Position numbers and translations under genes: made by a program
Shown: positions 55,701 through 64,000 of the stretch, piece by piece
Layout: each line of letters begins with the position of its first letter
Numbering within the stretch: position 1 is the stretch's first letter
Notes under the pieces: model-generated
What the model was told of the DNA's origin: nothing
Seen by the model: the letters and a program-made list of their open reading frames with translations, nothing else
The model's database searches: none
IMG/VR virus record: IMGVR_UViG_3300030333_002628
Span: 7,266 to 71,265 of that record
From: a virus
Strand: one strand, 5' to 3'
DNA length: 64,000 bases

Positions 55701-58588
55701 TTGCATCGGGCGAAACTTCAACTATTAAAGGAATTGAAGTATTAGCGGAAGATGGTGTAGGCGCGACTAACGTTGGAGTTTGTAATGTTCTTGGTGGGAC
55801 TATAGAAGCCATAGGCACGCAAGACGGAAGTGGTGCTACAACTGCTACAGGATTAAAAATTACTACAAGTGGTGCAGATACCAACTATGGTTTGATTGTA
55901 GATGGTGGTAAGGTTGGGGTTGGTGTCTCAAACCCATACGCAAATCTAACAGTAGATGGAAACCTCTTAGTTTCCAGTTCGGGAGATACGGCAGACCCGA
56001 AGGTGGAAGGCATATTGCATCGCATCACAAACGCTTCCAATGACAACCCCGACATGGAGATATTCTTCGTTGAGAATCATGGTCTGGGTTATGGTTTCCG
56101 TATGCAGTATGACGGCACTAACAACCGCATGAGATTCTTTACTCACGACAATAATACAAGTGGTTCAGAAGTAATGAGGTTCAACAGGGCGGCGGCAGGT
56201 GATATTTGGTTAGGGCCAAGTGGTAGTAAGGTAATCATTGGTGCGACTACTTCGCCTGTATCTCTTTTACATCTTGAGAAGACTGCTTACGACTTCGACT
56301 CGTCACCCGAAGATGGCGATTTCCATCTCATGCTCAAAGCCACAGAAAGTAGCACCACCGGAGATGCACTTTCGATTGGATTCGCTCAAACGAGTGATGC
56401 TACGACAGTAGGTGCGAAGATAAGCCACCTTGTCTCCGGCTCATACTCAAGGGGTCATTTGATATTCTCAACCAACAATACGGCTTCCGGTGGAGATACA
56501 ACCGAAGAGAGAATGAGAATAACAGATGCGGGTAATGTCGGAATAGGCAATACAACTCCATCTGCACCACTTGTCATAACTGCTGATACAGACGGTGGAG
56601 ATACAGTAAGAATAGAAGGGTCTGATGCTAACGGAAACCTATCAACTCCCGATTTAGCCCTAGTTAGAACGAATGGCTCACCTGCCGGAAACACTTGGTT
56701 GGGGCACATACATTTCAAAGGTATGAATAACGCTTCGGGAACAAACGAAGAAATCACTTACGCTTCCATAGCGGGACAAGTAGACGCAGGCACAGATGGG
56801 TCTGAAAAAGGTAGGTTGAAATTCTTTACTATGGTTTCTGGGACACATACACAAGTATTGACAATTGATGAGAATAAAGTAGGTATAGGGACAGGCGACC
56901 CGGCATTTCCATTAGACGTAAGTGGTTGGATTTCTACTACAGATGGACTTGTGCATACTGGAGATACTAACAACACCATTCAATTTGATACTGATATTCA
57001 GAAATTTAACACCGGAGGGTCTACAAGACTGACAATAAATGATAAAGAAGTAAAGTCACACGTAGAATTGCGAGGAAATGATAACAGACAATGGACTCCT
57101 AACTCATACACATTAGGAGTCGCTAATGGAAGTAACGCAAACAAGTGGATTAAGGTTTGCGAGTGGGTTATGGATGGAACTAACTATGATTCATTCTCAT
57201 TCCATGCAAAGGTCACTCAAAGAGGAAATGCTACTGATTGGCATGAGTTAGTGATTCGTGGTGAGTTCGCTACTACTTGGTGGACTAAGGATTTCAACAT
57301 TCATGGGCCTTATGCTTCTGCTTCTCAAGATAACTACCTAATGGTATTCGACCATAGTAGCGGAGGTTCAAACCCGAAGGCAACCCTATACTATCGAAAT
57401 AGCAACGCTTGGAATAAGAAATATCTGCAAATCATACAAAATGTTAGACATGGGGATAACATTCCCGCTACTTCTTGGACTTGGTATAACACTACAACAA
57501 GTTCCACAAACACTCCTACAACAGATGGAGAGACTAACTCTAGCACACTTTCTCCTGACTATTACAGAACAATGGGGATGGGTATAGGCTCAGGCGCAAA
57601 TGATACACAATATAGAATATATGATGGGACTACTGCAACCCCACTATATCTTGATACGGGCGACCAAAGGGTAGGTATAGGAACGGGCGCAGATGTTAAA
57701 TCTCCTTTACACATACGCGATACGGGTGATGGTGCAGACCAATGGTCGGGTATTAGAATGTCCGGTGCTGGTAGCCAAACAAGTGAAACAGATTTGAATT
57801 CTTATCATAGAATCTTTGCTTTTAGAAAAAGTGGTTTGGCGGTAAGCGGTGGGCAAAGTGGCACTAGTGGGTCAAGGGCTATTATTACCTTCAATAATCA
57901 TGGTTTGCGCTTCTTTACAAATGCGGCTTCTGACACAGATGCGGCGGCTAACCTATCTACTATGAAAAGATTTGAAATCCCTCCGGGTAGCGGCCCTGCT
58001 GTCTTCTCCGTTCCTGTGGATATTACTACGGGTGCGGCAGGTAAATTACTAGAATTGAATGATGGCAATACTTCAGGAACATACATGGGGATTGCGGGAG
58101 ATAGAGCGCAAGTAGGTTATTCGTCAAACGGTGTGACTATACAGGGTGGCTTTTCTAAGGGAATTAACTTTGCTGTAAATAATGCGACATTTGGTAGTGG
58201 TATAGTAGCAACGTTTGATACTGCGGGAACATTCAATGTAGTAGGTGCAATAACCGCCGCCACTAAGGAGTTCGTAATACCACACCCCACTAAAAAAGAT
58301 ATGCAATTACATCACGGTTCTCTTGAAGGGCCGGAACACGCAGTATATGTGAGAGGACAGAATAATGCAAGCATAATTACCCTACCGGACTACTGGGAAG
58401 GGCTAGTAGACGAAGATACAATAACCGTTCAATTAACTCCTATTGGAGAACATCAAGAGTTATTCGTAAAACAGATTAAGAACGGTAAGGTAAGAGTAGC
58501 ATCTAAGAAAAGAAACCAAATGCTCAAATACTTTTACTTTATCCAAGGAGAACGTAAGGACGTAGAAAAACTGGAGGTTGAGGTATAA
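52760..58588 (+). CDS. Long mosaic tail/fibre protein (1942 aa)
   Basis: Repeated GNVGIG/ERMRI fibre modules; C-terminal KEFVIPHP...HGSLEGPE..VYVRG domain. Confidence 0.85.
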   Translation: MADYFWKAVGSSTDPTVAGNWVNSSGVAYGSEPDSDDIIHFTSGGNKPCNFTNLTKTYAGMQIHSDIDTGTGVTLDNTDITLSGDLKFYGSNILTVKNDSTITFTGSFGNAPRVYYPEGSDWEPRNGVFTNSSSRSNLTIIFNGSGSTTFVHGIYPNITFTGGNLSPTAHTSITNNYSKASILDFNLGANCNVQPYSSGATSENDLDLHFSIEGELTLTGTSFKWGKCIFELAPYAANKPFPFDGNIANFGGGTPKTFRAEYYDLRIIPRGGSKEGYFTLPTGAIINCNSFYLLDNGRIYGSSSGGGAEIHCVRKPDIKGDWNFQQISKTVYRTIGAKPLLGTPFGGTGLGDIGTSGQVLAVKSNGTELEWSSTAGGGGLSTLDVVATDSGYTWGTNDITTITNLKVVAGANVTLATDTTNKALRITSTDTNTTYSAASTSAAGLVTALPNPHGGKFLRGDNTWVVPPDTDTTYTAYAGATSPGTAALVPARDSGSTTTKYLREDGDWVVPPDTDTNTTTTADVLAALNADWGASKTFGTQSNDTATFSGPITSTEGTITGILFGTSADNRIRFDESNDRIHLETNATTRMSFYNDGTVSMTGKLNVDQLALDDKSITVHPSNHNTAGQILTIRSGDTTAGTTDNIAGGNLVLAGGAGKGNAAGGKIVFKVADSGTAGVSGFPLNPKATAMTINANKSITMESHLTIDGNLTVNGTETTVDTATLSVEDPLIILASGNSSADSIDIGFYGLYNASSTLKWAGLFRDASDGKFRLFKDLEAEPSTTVNTSGTGYAIATLVANLEGTASSATTATTATNVVITDNENTDEDNAVVFVAGADVDGSTSAGLESDGNLTYNPSTGQLSATKFAGDGSSLTGLSGNATTSAVTVQASPDDEFNLIPFIADAATASGNHALEMDAGLKYNPSTNDFLVTGMSQNYFTTTDSLRKGFDSRVTQTGTSWTGNSSLTVGARFRAIQSGAVASGETSTIKGIEVLAEDGVGATNVGVCNVLGGTIEAIGTQDGSGATTATGLKITTSGADTNYGLIVDGGKVGVGVSNPYANLTVDGNLLVSSSGDTADPKVEGILHRITNASNDNPDMEIFFVENHGLGYGFRMQYDGTNNRMRFFTHDNNTSGSEVMRFNRAAAGDIWLGPSGSKVIIGATTSPVSLLHLEKTAYDFDSSPEDGDFHLMLKATESSTTGDALSIGFAQTSDATTVGAKISHLVSGSYSRGHLIFSTNNTASGGDTTEERMRITDAGNVGIGNTTPSAPLVITADTDGGDTVRIEGSDANGNLSTPDLALVRTNGSPAGNTWLGHIHFKGMNNASGTNEEITYASIAGQVDAGTDGSEKGRLKFFTMVSGTHTQVLTIDENKVGIGTGDPAFPLDVSGWISTTDGLVHTGDTNNTIQFDTDIQKFNTGGSTRLTINDKEVKSHVELRGNDNRQWTPNSYTLGVANGSNANKWIKVCEWVMDGTNYDSFSFHAKVTQRGNATDWHELVIRGEFATTWWTKDFNIHGPYASASQDNYLMVFDHSSGGSNPKATLYYRNSNAWNKKYLQIIQNVRHGDNIPATSWTWYNTTTSSTNTPTTDGETNSSTLSPDYYRTMGMGIGSGANDTQYRIYDGTTATPLYLDTGDQRVGIGTGADVKSPLHIRDTGDGADQWSGIRMSGAGSQTSETDLNSYHRIFAFRKSGLAVSGGQSGTSGSRAIITFNNHGLRFFTNAASDTDAAANLSTMKRFEIPPGSGPAVFSVPVDITTGAAGKLLELNDGNTSGTYMGIAGDRAQVGYSSNGVTIQGGFSKGINFAVNNATFGSGIVATFDTAGTFNVVGAITAATKEFVIPHPTKKDMQLHHGSLEGPEHAVYVRGQNNASIITLPDYWEGLVDEDTITVQLTPIGEHQELFVKQIKNGKVRVASKKRNQMLKYFYFIQGERKDVEKLEVEV

Positions 58589-61272
58589 TGGCTGTAATAA
58601 CAAGCACGCAATCGGGAGATTTTGATGCGGGTAGCACTTGGGTAGGTGGGTCAGCACCTTCTGATGGCGACCAATTTGTTATAGCCACAGGCCACACGGT
58701 GACAATAGATAGTGCCAGCCACTCAGTAAGCGCCCCCACAAATGGTTTCCATGACTCTTCTGTTAATGGTATTCTGAAAATGATAGGGGCAAATGCTTCT
58801 AACAAGGCTCTACTACACATGAATGGTAAACTTACCATTACTACTAACGGCACGCTTTGGCAAAGGCCACACTCGGAAATTCTGATAAAGGGGACTAAAG
58901 GCAACAGGCATGGACTTGTTCTTAATAACTCAAGTGCGGCTTCTTGGATTGCGGAAGGTAGCGACCCAACGCCCACTACCACTACGTCTTCTGCTAAGGT
59001 AGTAAGGGACATGGTGCTTCCTGTAGCAGACGCTTCTGATTTTGCTGTGGGGGAATGGATTGCAGTATGGTATAATGGCGCGTGTGACGCAGGCGATACG
59101 GGTGACTCAAGCAAGACTAAGTGGCTTGATGAGGGAATGTGGATTCACGATATAAACGGCAACGATATTTATTTCCGTGAATTTGTTGGGCCGGAAGACA
59201 CAAGCATTACCTCAGTAAGTGGAAAGGTTCTTACTCTTTCAAATACTACACACGCAGATACAAAAATTGTATCTAAGGGCGCAAAAAAATTCCCTGTAGG
59301 ACAAAGAGTTATTTTCGGGACAGGCTCAAATAGAAACGCTACTTACGTTACAGCCCAAAGCGGTGATACTATAACAGTTAATGATACTATTAATGGTAGT
59401 GTTGTAGGGGAGAAAATATATTGGACTGGGTTAGACAGGGATAAACCAAGCGGAAGCCGAGTAAGAAAGATGGCTACTGTGACAACGGCGGCTACTAACG
59501 GTGGTAACAATACCATAACTGTTGCTGATGCAACAGGGATTATTGCAGGCGATGTTCTTAGTATAGAGGCTAGAGCAGAATGTGGTGCATCCGGCGGGAC
59601 TGCCGAAGTAAACGATGTAGAGGGTTGGCAGACAAGTCCCGATACATGGAGATACAATGATAGATACACAGTCCAAAGCGTAAGCAATAACGTAATTACG
59701 CTGACAGGCAACGTAGAATTTAACGTTGTCTTAGGTGCTTTAGTAGTTAAAGTAAATAGAGATGTTGTAGTAGGTGCAAGGACTTTTGGGACAGACTGCC
59801 CCTATGTTTACGCAGTAAGTTATACAAGTAACTTTACTAGAAAACTGATTCTCAAAGATGTTTGGTTTAAAGGTGTTGGTAATTCTACAACAAATACAGA
59901 ATCGGGCCTTGTATTTAGGGGTTATTTCTCTACCAATGATGGGGCTGACGGGGATGGTGGAGATGAGGACGGTTCTGATTGGACTCAAAATACGCAAGCC
60001 CTTCCTGTCACAGTTTCTATAGGCTACATAAAAGACGATAGAAGCCCCTACATAGAGGGTATTGTATACGATGGTGGAGATGCTTCTGTATCGTCAGCAG
60101 CAGGGGGTTCAGATGCGGGGGCGGCGCAAGACGACCACATACGCGACCATAGCGGTATTTGGTTATGGGATTCTTATAACACCCAAGTTAGATGCGGTGT
60201 TGTGAGAAGAAGTAATGATGGGCTACACCCCTATAACGACCCTAATGAGGCTTTCTTCAATTGTTATTCTGCTTGGAACAGATTCAGGGGAATAAGAGCA
60301 GACTATATGCAATTTAGATGTGAACTTGCTTATTGCTATCTATCGAGAAATGCAAGACCCCTGTATGTAAACCAAATCTACTCTATGTTCGGTATACATC
60401 ATATTATAGTAGATGCTGTAGAGCAATACGGTTTGTATGTCTACAAGTCTCCACACATGGGCGGTGGTCTATGGAATATCAAATGGAATGGAACTCGTTA
60501 CGGTTTGATAGAAGGCTACAGTCATTCAAAACTCGCAATACTTAGGTCTACCCATAGACAGGCTACTGCATACCATGACGCAAGCACTTCTGAGTTTAAC
60601 CAAGCAGGTAGTTATTGGGGTGGCTTCTTTGGTAGGAATGGAAATGAGCAATCTGTAATTAGTCTAATAGACAATAACTTTGAGGAAGGTGTGAACCAAC
60701 ATTGGTCTTACTATGCGCGTTGGACTTGGGATTCGTCAAAAAATGCTTGGCACTTTGAAAGAAGGTATAGTAATGACTATTATCCTATTATGGAAGATTC
60801 TATCTATGTCCCACCAAACACCACGCTAAAGGCTAGGTTTATCTTGAAAAAGAAAGAAAGCGATTATTACGGTGGTTTTCAAGGAAGTAATTACCCTAGA
60901 GCATATCTTAGCACATCACATACTAGGCAAAATTGGGGTAGTAGTAACAATGCTTCCGCTACAGAATGGATAAGCATGGGTGGTGGGGGACACGTTGTAA
61001 GCAATGCCATTGATATTAGCGGCGGAGATTGGGTGACAACCGACTTGACTGCGCCCGCAGTAGAGTTTGGTAGATTCATTAACGTTGGTGTTTGGTCTAA
61101 TAATAGAACAATGGCAGAAGGTTATTACGTTAAACCATTCCAAATAATACTAGACAGCAACGTTTCTTATGACACTCAACGTATACAACAACATAAGATA
61201 ACGTGGGGTAAACTGGCTATCAAATCGAGTTTAGACGACCAAGTGATACATTTAGGTGGGGGGATTAGTTAA
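58588..61272 (+). CDS. Tailspike-like protein (G8-like N-terminus, beta-helix-like C-terminus)
   Basis: STQSGDF...TWVGGSAPSDGD...IATGHTVT start; aromatic, Asn-rich C-terminal half. Confidence 0.65.
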   Translation: MAVITSTQSGDFDAGSTWVGGSAPSDGDQFVIATGHTVTIDSASHSVSAPTNGFHDSSVNGILKMIGANASNKALLHMNGKLTITTNGTLWQRPHSEILIKGTKGNRHGLVLNNSSAASWIAEGSDPTPTTTTSSAKVVRDMVLPVADASDFAVGEWIAVWYNGACDAGDTGDSSKTKWLDEGMWIHDINGNDIYFREFVGPEDTSITSVSGKVLTLSNTTHADTKIVSKGAKKFPVGQRVIFGTGSNRNATYVTAQSGDTITVNDTINGSVVGEKIYWTGLDRDKPSGSRVRKMATVTTAATNGGNNTITVADATGIIAGDVLSIEARAECGASGGTAEVNDVEGWQTSPDTWRYNDRYTVQSVSNNVITLTGNVEFNVVLGALVVKVNRDVVVGARTFGTDCPYVYAVSYTSNFTRKLILKDVWFKGVGNSTTNTESGLVFRGYFSTNDGADGDGGDEDGSDWTQNTQALPVTVSIGYIKDDRSPYIEGIVYDGGDASVSSAAGGSDAGAAQDDHIRDHSGIWLWDSYNTQVRCGVVRRSNDGLHPYNDPNEAFFNCYSAWNRFRGIRADYMQFRCELAYCYLSRNARPLYVNQIYSMFGIHHIIVDAVEQYGLYVYKSPHMGGGLWNIKWNGTRYGLIEGYSHSKLAILRSTHRQATAYHDASTSEFNQAGSYWGGFFGRNGNEQSVISLIDNNFEEGVNQHWSYYARWTWDSSKNAWHFERRYSNDYYPIMEDSIYVPPNTTLKARFILKKKESDYYGGFQGSNYPRAYLSTSHTRQNWGSSNNASATEWISMGGGGHVVSNAIDISGGDWVTTDLTAPAVEFGRFINVGVWSNNRTMAEGYYVKPFQIILDSNVSYDTQRIQQHKITWGKLAIKSSLDDQVIHLGGGIS

Positions 61273-63551
61273 TGGCAGATACAGTTAAGGTCACTCCCGC
61301 CTCTAAAAAGATTGAGTTTTTCGATGCAGACTCTACACCGTTTCAAGGTAAAATTTCATTAGATTCTAATGATAACTTGGTGCTTGAAAGCCCCAATGAT
61401 ATTTACTTAGGAGATTCTTCTGCTACACTCAGTATAGCAACAGATATGCTATTCAGCGCAAGCAAGAAGATTGCGGCTAGTGCTAACAACGTGGATATTA
61501 CTATAGGCGATACATCAAGTCTAACGGGTAATGATATTATTATAGATTCTCACTCTTGGTCGGTCACTTCGGGCGGTGCGGCTACTTTTACAGGCGGTAT
61601 TTTAGGGGGTATACTTAACGATACGGGCGCAATGACAACGCCTGCCGCCGCAAGCGGTGGGTATAAGCATATCCAATTAACTGCTAATAACAACCTGTAT
61701 GGAACTAATAGAAGTGCTACTTTCTCATTCCGCGCCCCTAATAGTGATTCACAGCCGCACATGATGGTGTATGGCTCAAATAGGGCGGCTATAGCAGTTA
61801 ATAATACACAAAGCAATTCCTCACCGAGTATATGGTTATTACATGATTATTACCAACCAATAGTAGACCAAACAGGCTACGGCGGAGAAGACTTTGGACT
61901 TGCTAATGCTTCTTCTATGGTTAGTAGTGGGCAAGGGACTGCTACCAACGACCCCGTTATTTTAACCCTTATTGATAGCGGCGATACCAATAGCGGTGAC
62001 GCAATAATGGCTTTGGGGACAGGGACAAGCGGTGGTGGCTCGTTAAATCAAATAGCAGATGGTAAATTATATTTCAAAATAGACGATAGCGGCGATGCTA
62101 TTTTTTACAAGAACGTAGGAATAGCAAACAAAGCCCCTGCCGCCGCCTTGCACGTTGAAGGTGACGGACTATTCACTAACACTATGGTTGAGACTACGCT
62201 TGACGGTGCTATTTCTGCGGGTGCTACTACTATTACACTAACAGACGCTAGTGGTTTTGTAGATGGGACAGGATATGGTGCTATAGATAACAGCGACCAA
62301 TTTTCTTGGACTGGTAAATCGGGAAATCAATTAACAGGGGTGACGGGTGTTGCTACAAGCCACGCTGATAACGTGGTTGTGACACATTCAACCGATGCTT
62401 CAATTCTGACGCTTAGATGTATTGGTGGCCCTGCTTCTTCCTTACAAAGCCAATTGAAATTAGAAGCAGACGATTACAGAGGCGCAGGTATTCGCTTTGA
62501 GTCTTCGGGAGATGACTCTACTTATAGTCCCTGGTTTGCAGGTAGGCCGTATGCTTCACAAGGATTTCAAATAGGTTATGACTCTTCAGACCCCAAACAG
62601 CCGGAGTATAAGGCCAATGCAGTTATATATTTGGAAACAAACGGTAAGGTAGGTATTGGTAATTCAGCCCCCGGACATTTGTTAGAAGTCACAGGTGATG
62701 GTGCTAATGGGGAAATCGTAGTAAATAGGGCGAGTGGTTCTGAGATTATACTACAAGCACAGGCTTCTCTTGGTAAATTAGGGACAAATACCAATCACGA
62801 TTTAGCATTGATGACTAATGGTTCTACGAGAATGCACATAGAGAATGGCGGTAATGTCGGAATAAACGATACTACCCCTTCCTATAAATTAGACGTAAAT
62901 GGAACGGGTCGCTTTACGGGAGACTTATTGGGGAACAGTAGGATTAGGTGTGACAAGGCTTCGGGAGAAGTAGAGTTTAACTCAACAGATGGTGTTTTCT
63001 TAATTACTGAATATGTCGCCACAGGTGGAACACCCGCTACACCTACAATATCAAACATAAACCAAGCCATTACTTCTGTCACTACATACGGAAACTGTGT
63101 TAGAGTAAGCGGGACAGGAGGCAACACTAACTTTGAGCCTACGGGGGCGGCGGGTAGTAAAGTCATGCTATTTGCTGTGGTGCTTCATGGTGACGGTAGT
63201 GTATTAGACCACTTCCAATCTTTCGACTGCACAGTATATGTTGGGGATGCCTCACATAATTACGTTCATAGAAAAACGATAAAGTGCGTATACGATGGGG
63301 CAAATACTAATTTGATTTATTCTTATGTTGATGAAATGGAAAACTTTACTACTGGTATGATAGATGTTAAAGTAGATTACAGTTTAGGGGACTCAACACT
63401 TGTTTCTATGACGCAGAATAACATTAAAGTAGCAAGGGTGTATATTGAATTTGGGAACCTTAGTGGATTAAGCCCTAATAAAATATCACAAGATACGTTG
63501 GATTGGTCGTGGGAATTTACAGGGTTGAAGGATGAGGCACACGTTGGTTAG
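61272..63551 (+). CDS. Tail fibre protein
   Basis: NVGIAN..P...LHV, GKVGIGNSAP..LLEV and GNVGINDTTPSYKLDVNG repeats. Confidence 0.8.
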   Translation: MADTVKVTPASKKIEFFDADSTPFQGKISLDSNDNLVLESPNDIYLGDSSATLSIATDMLFSASKKIAASANNVDITIGDTSSLTGNDIIIDSHSWSVTSGGAATFTGGILGGILNDTGAMTTPAAASGGYKHIQLTANNNLYGTNRSATFSFRAPNSDSQPHMMVYGSNRAAIAVNNTQSNSSPSIWLLHDYYQPIVDQTGYGGEDFGLANASSMVSSGQGTATNDPVILTLIDSGDTNSGDAIMALGTGTSGGGSLNQIADGKLYFKIDDSGDAIFYKNVGIANKAPAAALHVEGDGLFTNTMVETTLDGAISAGATTITLTDASGFVDGTGYGAIDNSDQFSWTGKSGNQLTGVTGVATSHADNVVVTHSTDASILTLRCIGGPASSLQSQLKLEADDYRGAGIRFESSGDDSTYSPWFAGRPYASQGFQIGYDSSDPKQPEYKANAVIYLETNGKVGIGNSAPGHLLEVTGDGANGEIVVNRASGSEIILQAQASLGKLGTNTNHDLALMTNGSTRMHIENGGNVGINDTTPSYKLDVNGTGRFTGDLLGNSRIRCDKASGEVEFNSTDGVFLITEYVATGGTPATPTISNINQAITSVTTYGNCVRVSGTGGNTNFEPTGAAGSKVMLFAVVLHGDGSVLDHFQSFDCTVYVGDASHNYVHRKTIKCVYDGANTNLIYSYVDEMENFTTGMIDVKVDYSLGDSTLVSMTQNNIKVARVYIEFGNLSGLSPNKISQDTLDWSWEFTGLKDEAHVG

Positions 63552-63559
63552 GTGAGAAT

Positions 63560-64000
63560 ATGGGAACGGAATTAGTAAAGAAAGACCAATTGGAAGCAAG
63601 TCAGTCACTTCATTTTCATGTTAATGGGAATGAAAGGCTTACTATCGCTAACAACGGTAATGCGTCCTTTACTGGAACAATAACTACAGATAATGGAAGC
63701 CACTATGTTAAGGAAAAGGCTAACGCCGCCGGAGACAGCGCAGGTTATGGGCAGTTATGGGTCAAGAATGCCACACCTAACGAACTCTATTTTACTACGG
63801 ATGCAGGTGACGATATTCAATTGACTTCGGGAACATCTACCGCAGGTGGTGGTGGTGGTAGTGTAGATGCCGATACTAACTTAGCAAACAATCCCGTATG
63901 GACTGTCACATCTACAAGCGGTATAGGACTCTATATTGTGAGAGATAAAGACGATGCAAACTCAGACAAAGAGGTTGTTCGCATCCGTGACGACAACGCT
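63560..64000 (+). CDS. Tail fibre-like protein, truncated by window end
   Basis: GGTGA SD; MGTELVKKD...ERLTIANNGN...GYGQLWVKNATPNELYFTTDAG; no stop seen. Confidence 0.7.
   Translation, partial: MGTELVKKDQLEASQSLHFHVNGNERLTIANNGNASFTGTITTDNGSHYVKEKANAAGDSAGYGQLWVKNATPNELYFTTDAGDDIQLTSGTSTAGGGGGSVDADTNLANNPVWTVTSTSGIGLYIVRDKDDANSDKEVVRIRDDNA

Noticed and set aside
1-64000. tRNA/rRNA genes, integrase, transposase, reverse transcriptase/DGR
   Set aside because: None recognised by eye; a tRNAscan/HMM search would be needed to exclude them fully.

Overview
This window is about 64 kb of a tailed dsDNA virus genome (Caudoviricetes) with an archaeal-type replication module. It is most consistent with a Marine Group II Euryarchaeota (Poseidoniales) virus ('magrovirus'-like); the host call is inference. 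Layout: (1) 1-11 kb, + strand: tape measure and a 2692-aa tail protein. (2) 11-36 kb, - strand: ERCC4 nuclease, fused primase, Cas4-like exonuclease, PolB, probable sliding clamp, recombination ATPase, GroEL/GroES, probable SSB, RFC, Mom-like DNA modifier, MCM, and many small Zn-ribbon and wHTH genes. (3) 36-43 kb: an unusual probable early island with about 47 copies (manual count) of (A)TTTGTAGATA(AG) in seven intergenic clusters. It holds a hairpin-rich candidate structured RNA and a DUF932-like gene with a signal-peptide-like N-terminus. It also holds every GATC site I could find, all as RGATCGR on the + strand. (4) 43-64 kb: terminase, phosphoesterase, portal, protease/scaffold, major capsid protein and tail fibres. 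Two homologous ~170-bp quasi-palindromic elements lie in inverted orientation at ~30.4 kb and ~46.7 kb. All calls and counts are by eye; no database searches were run.
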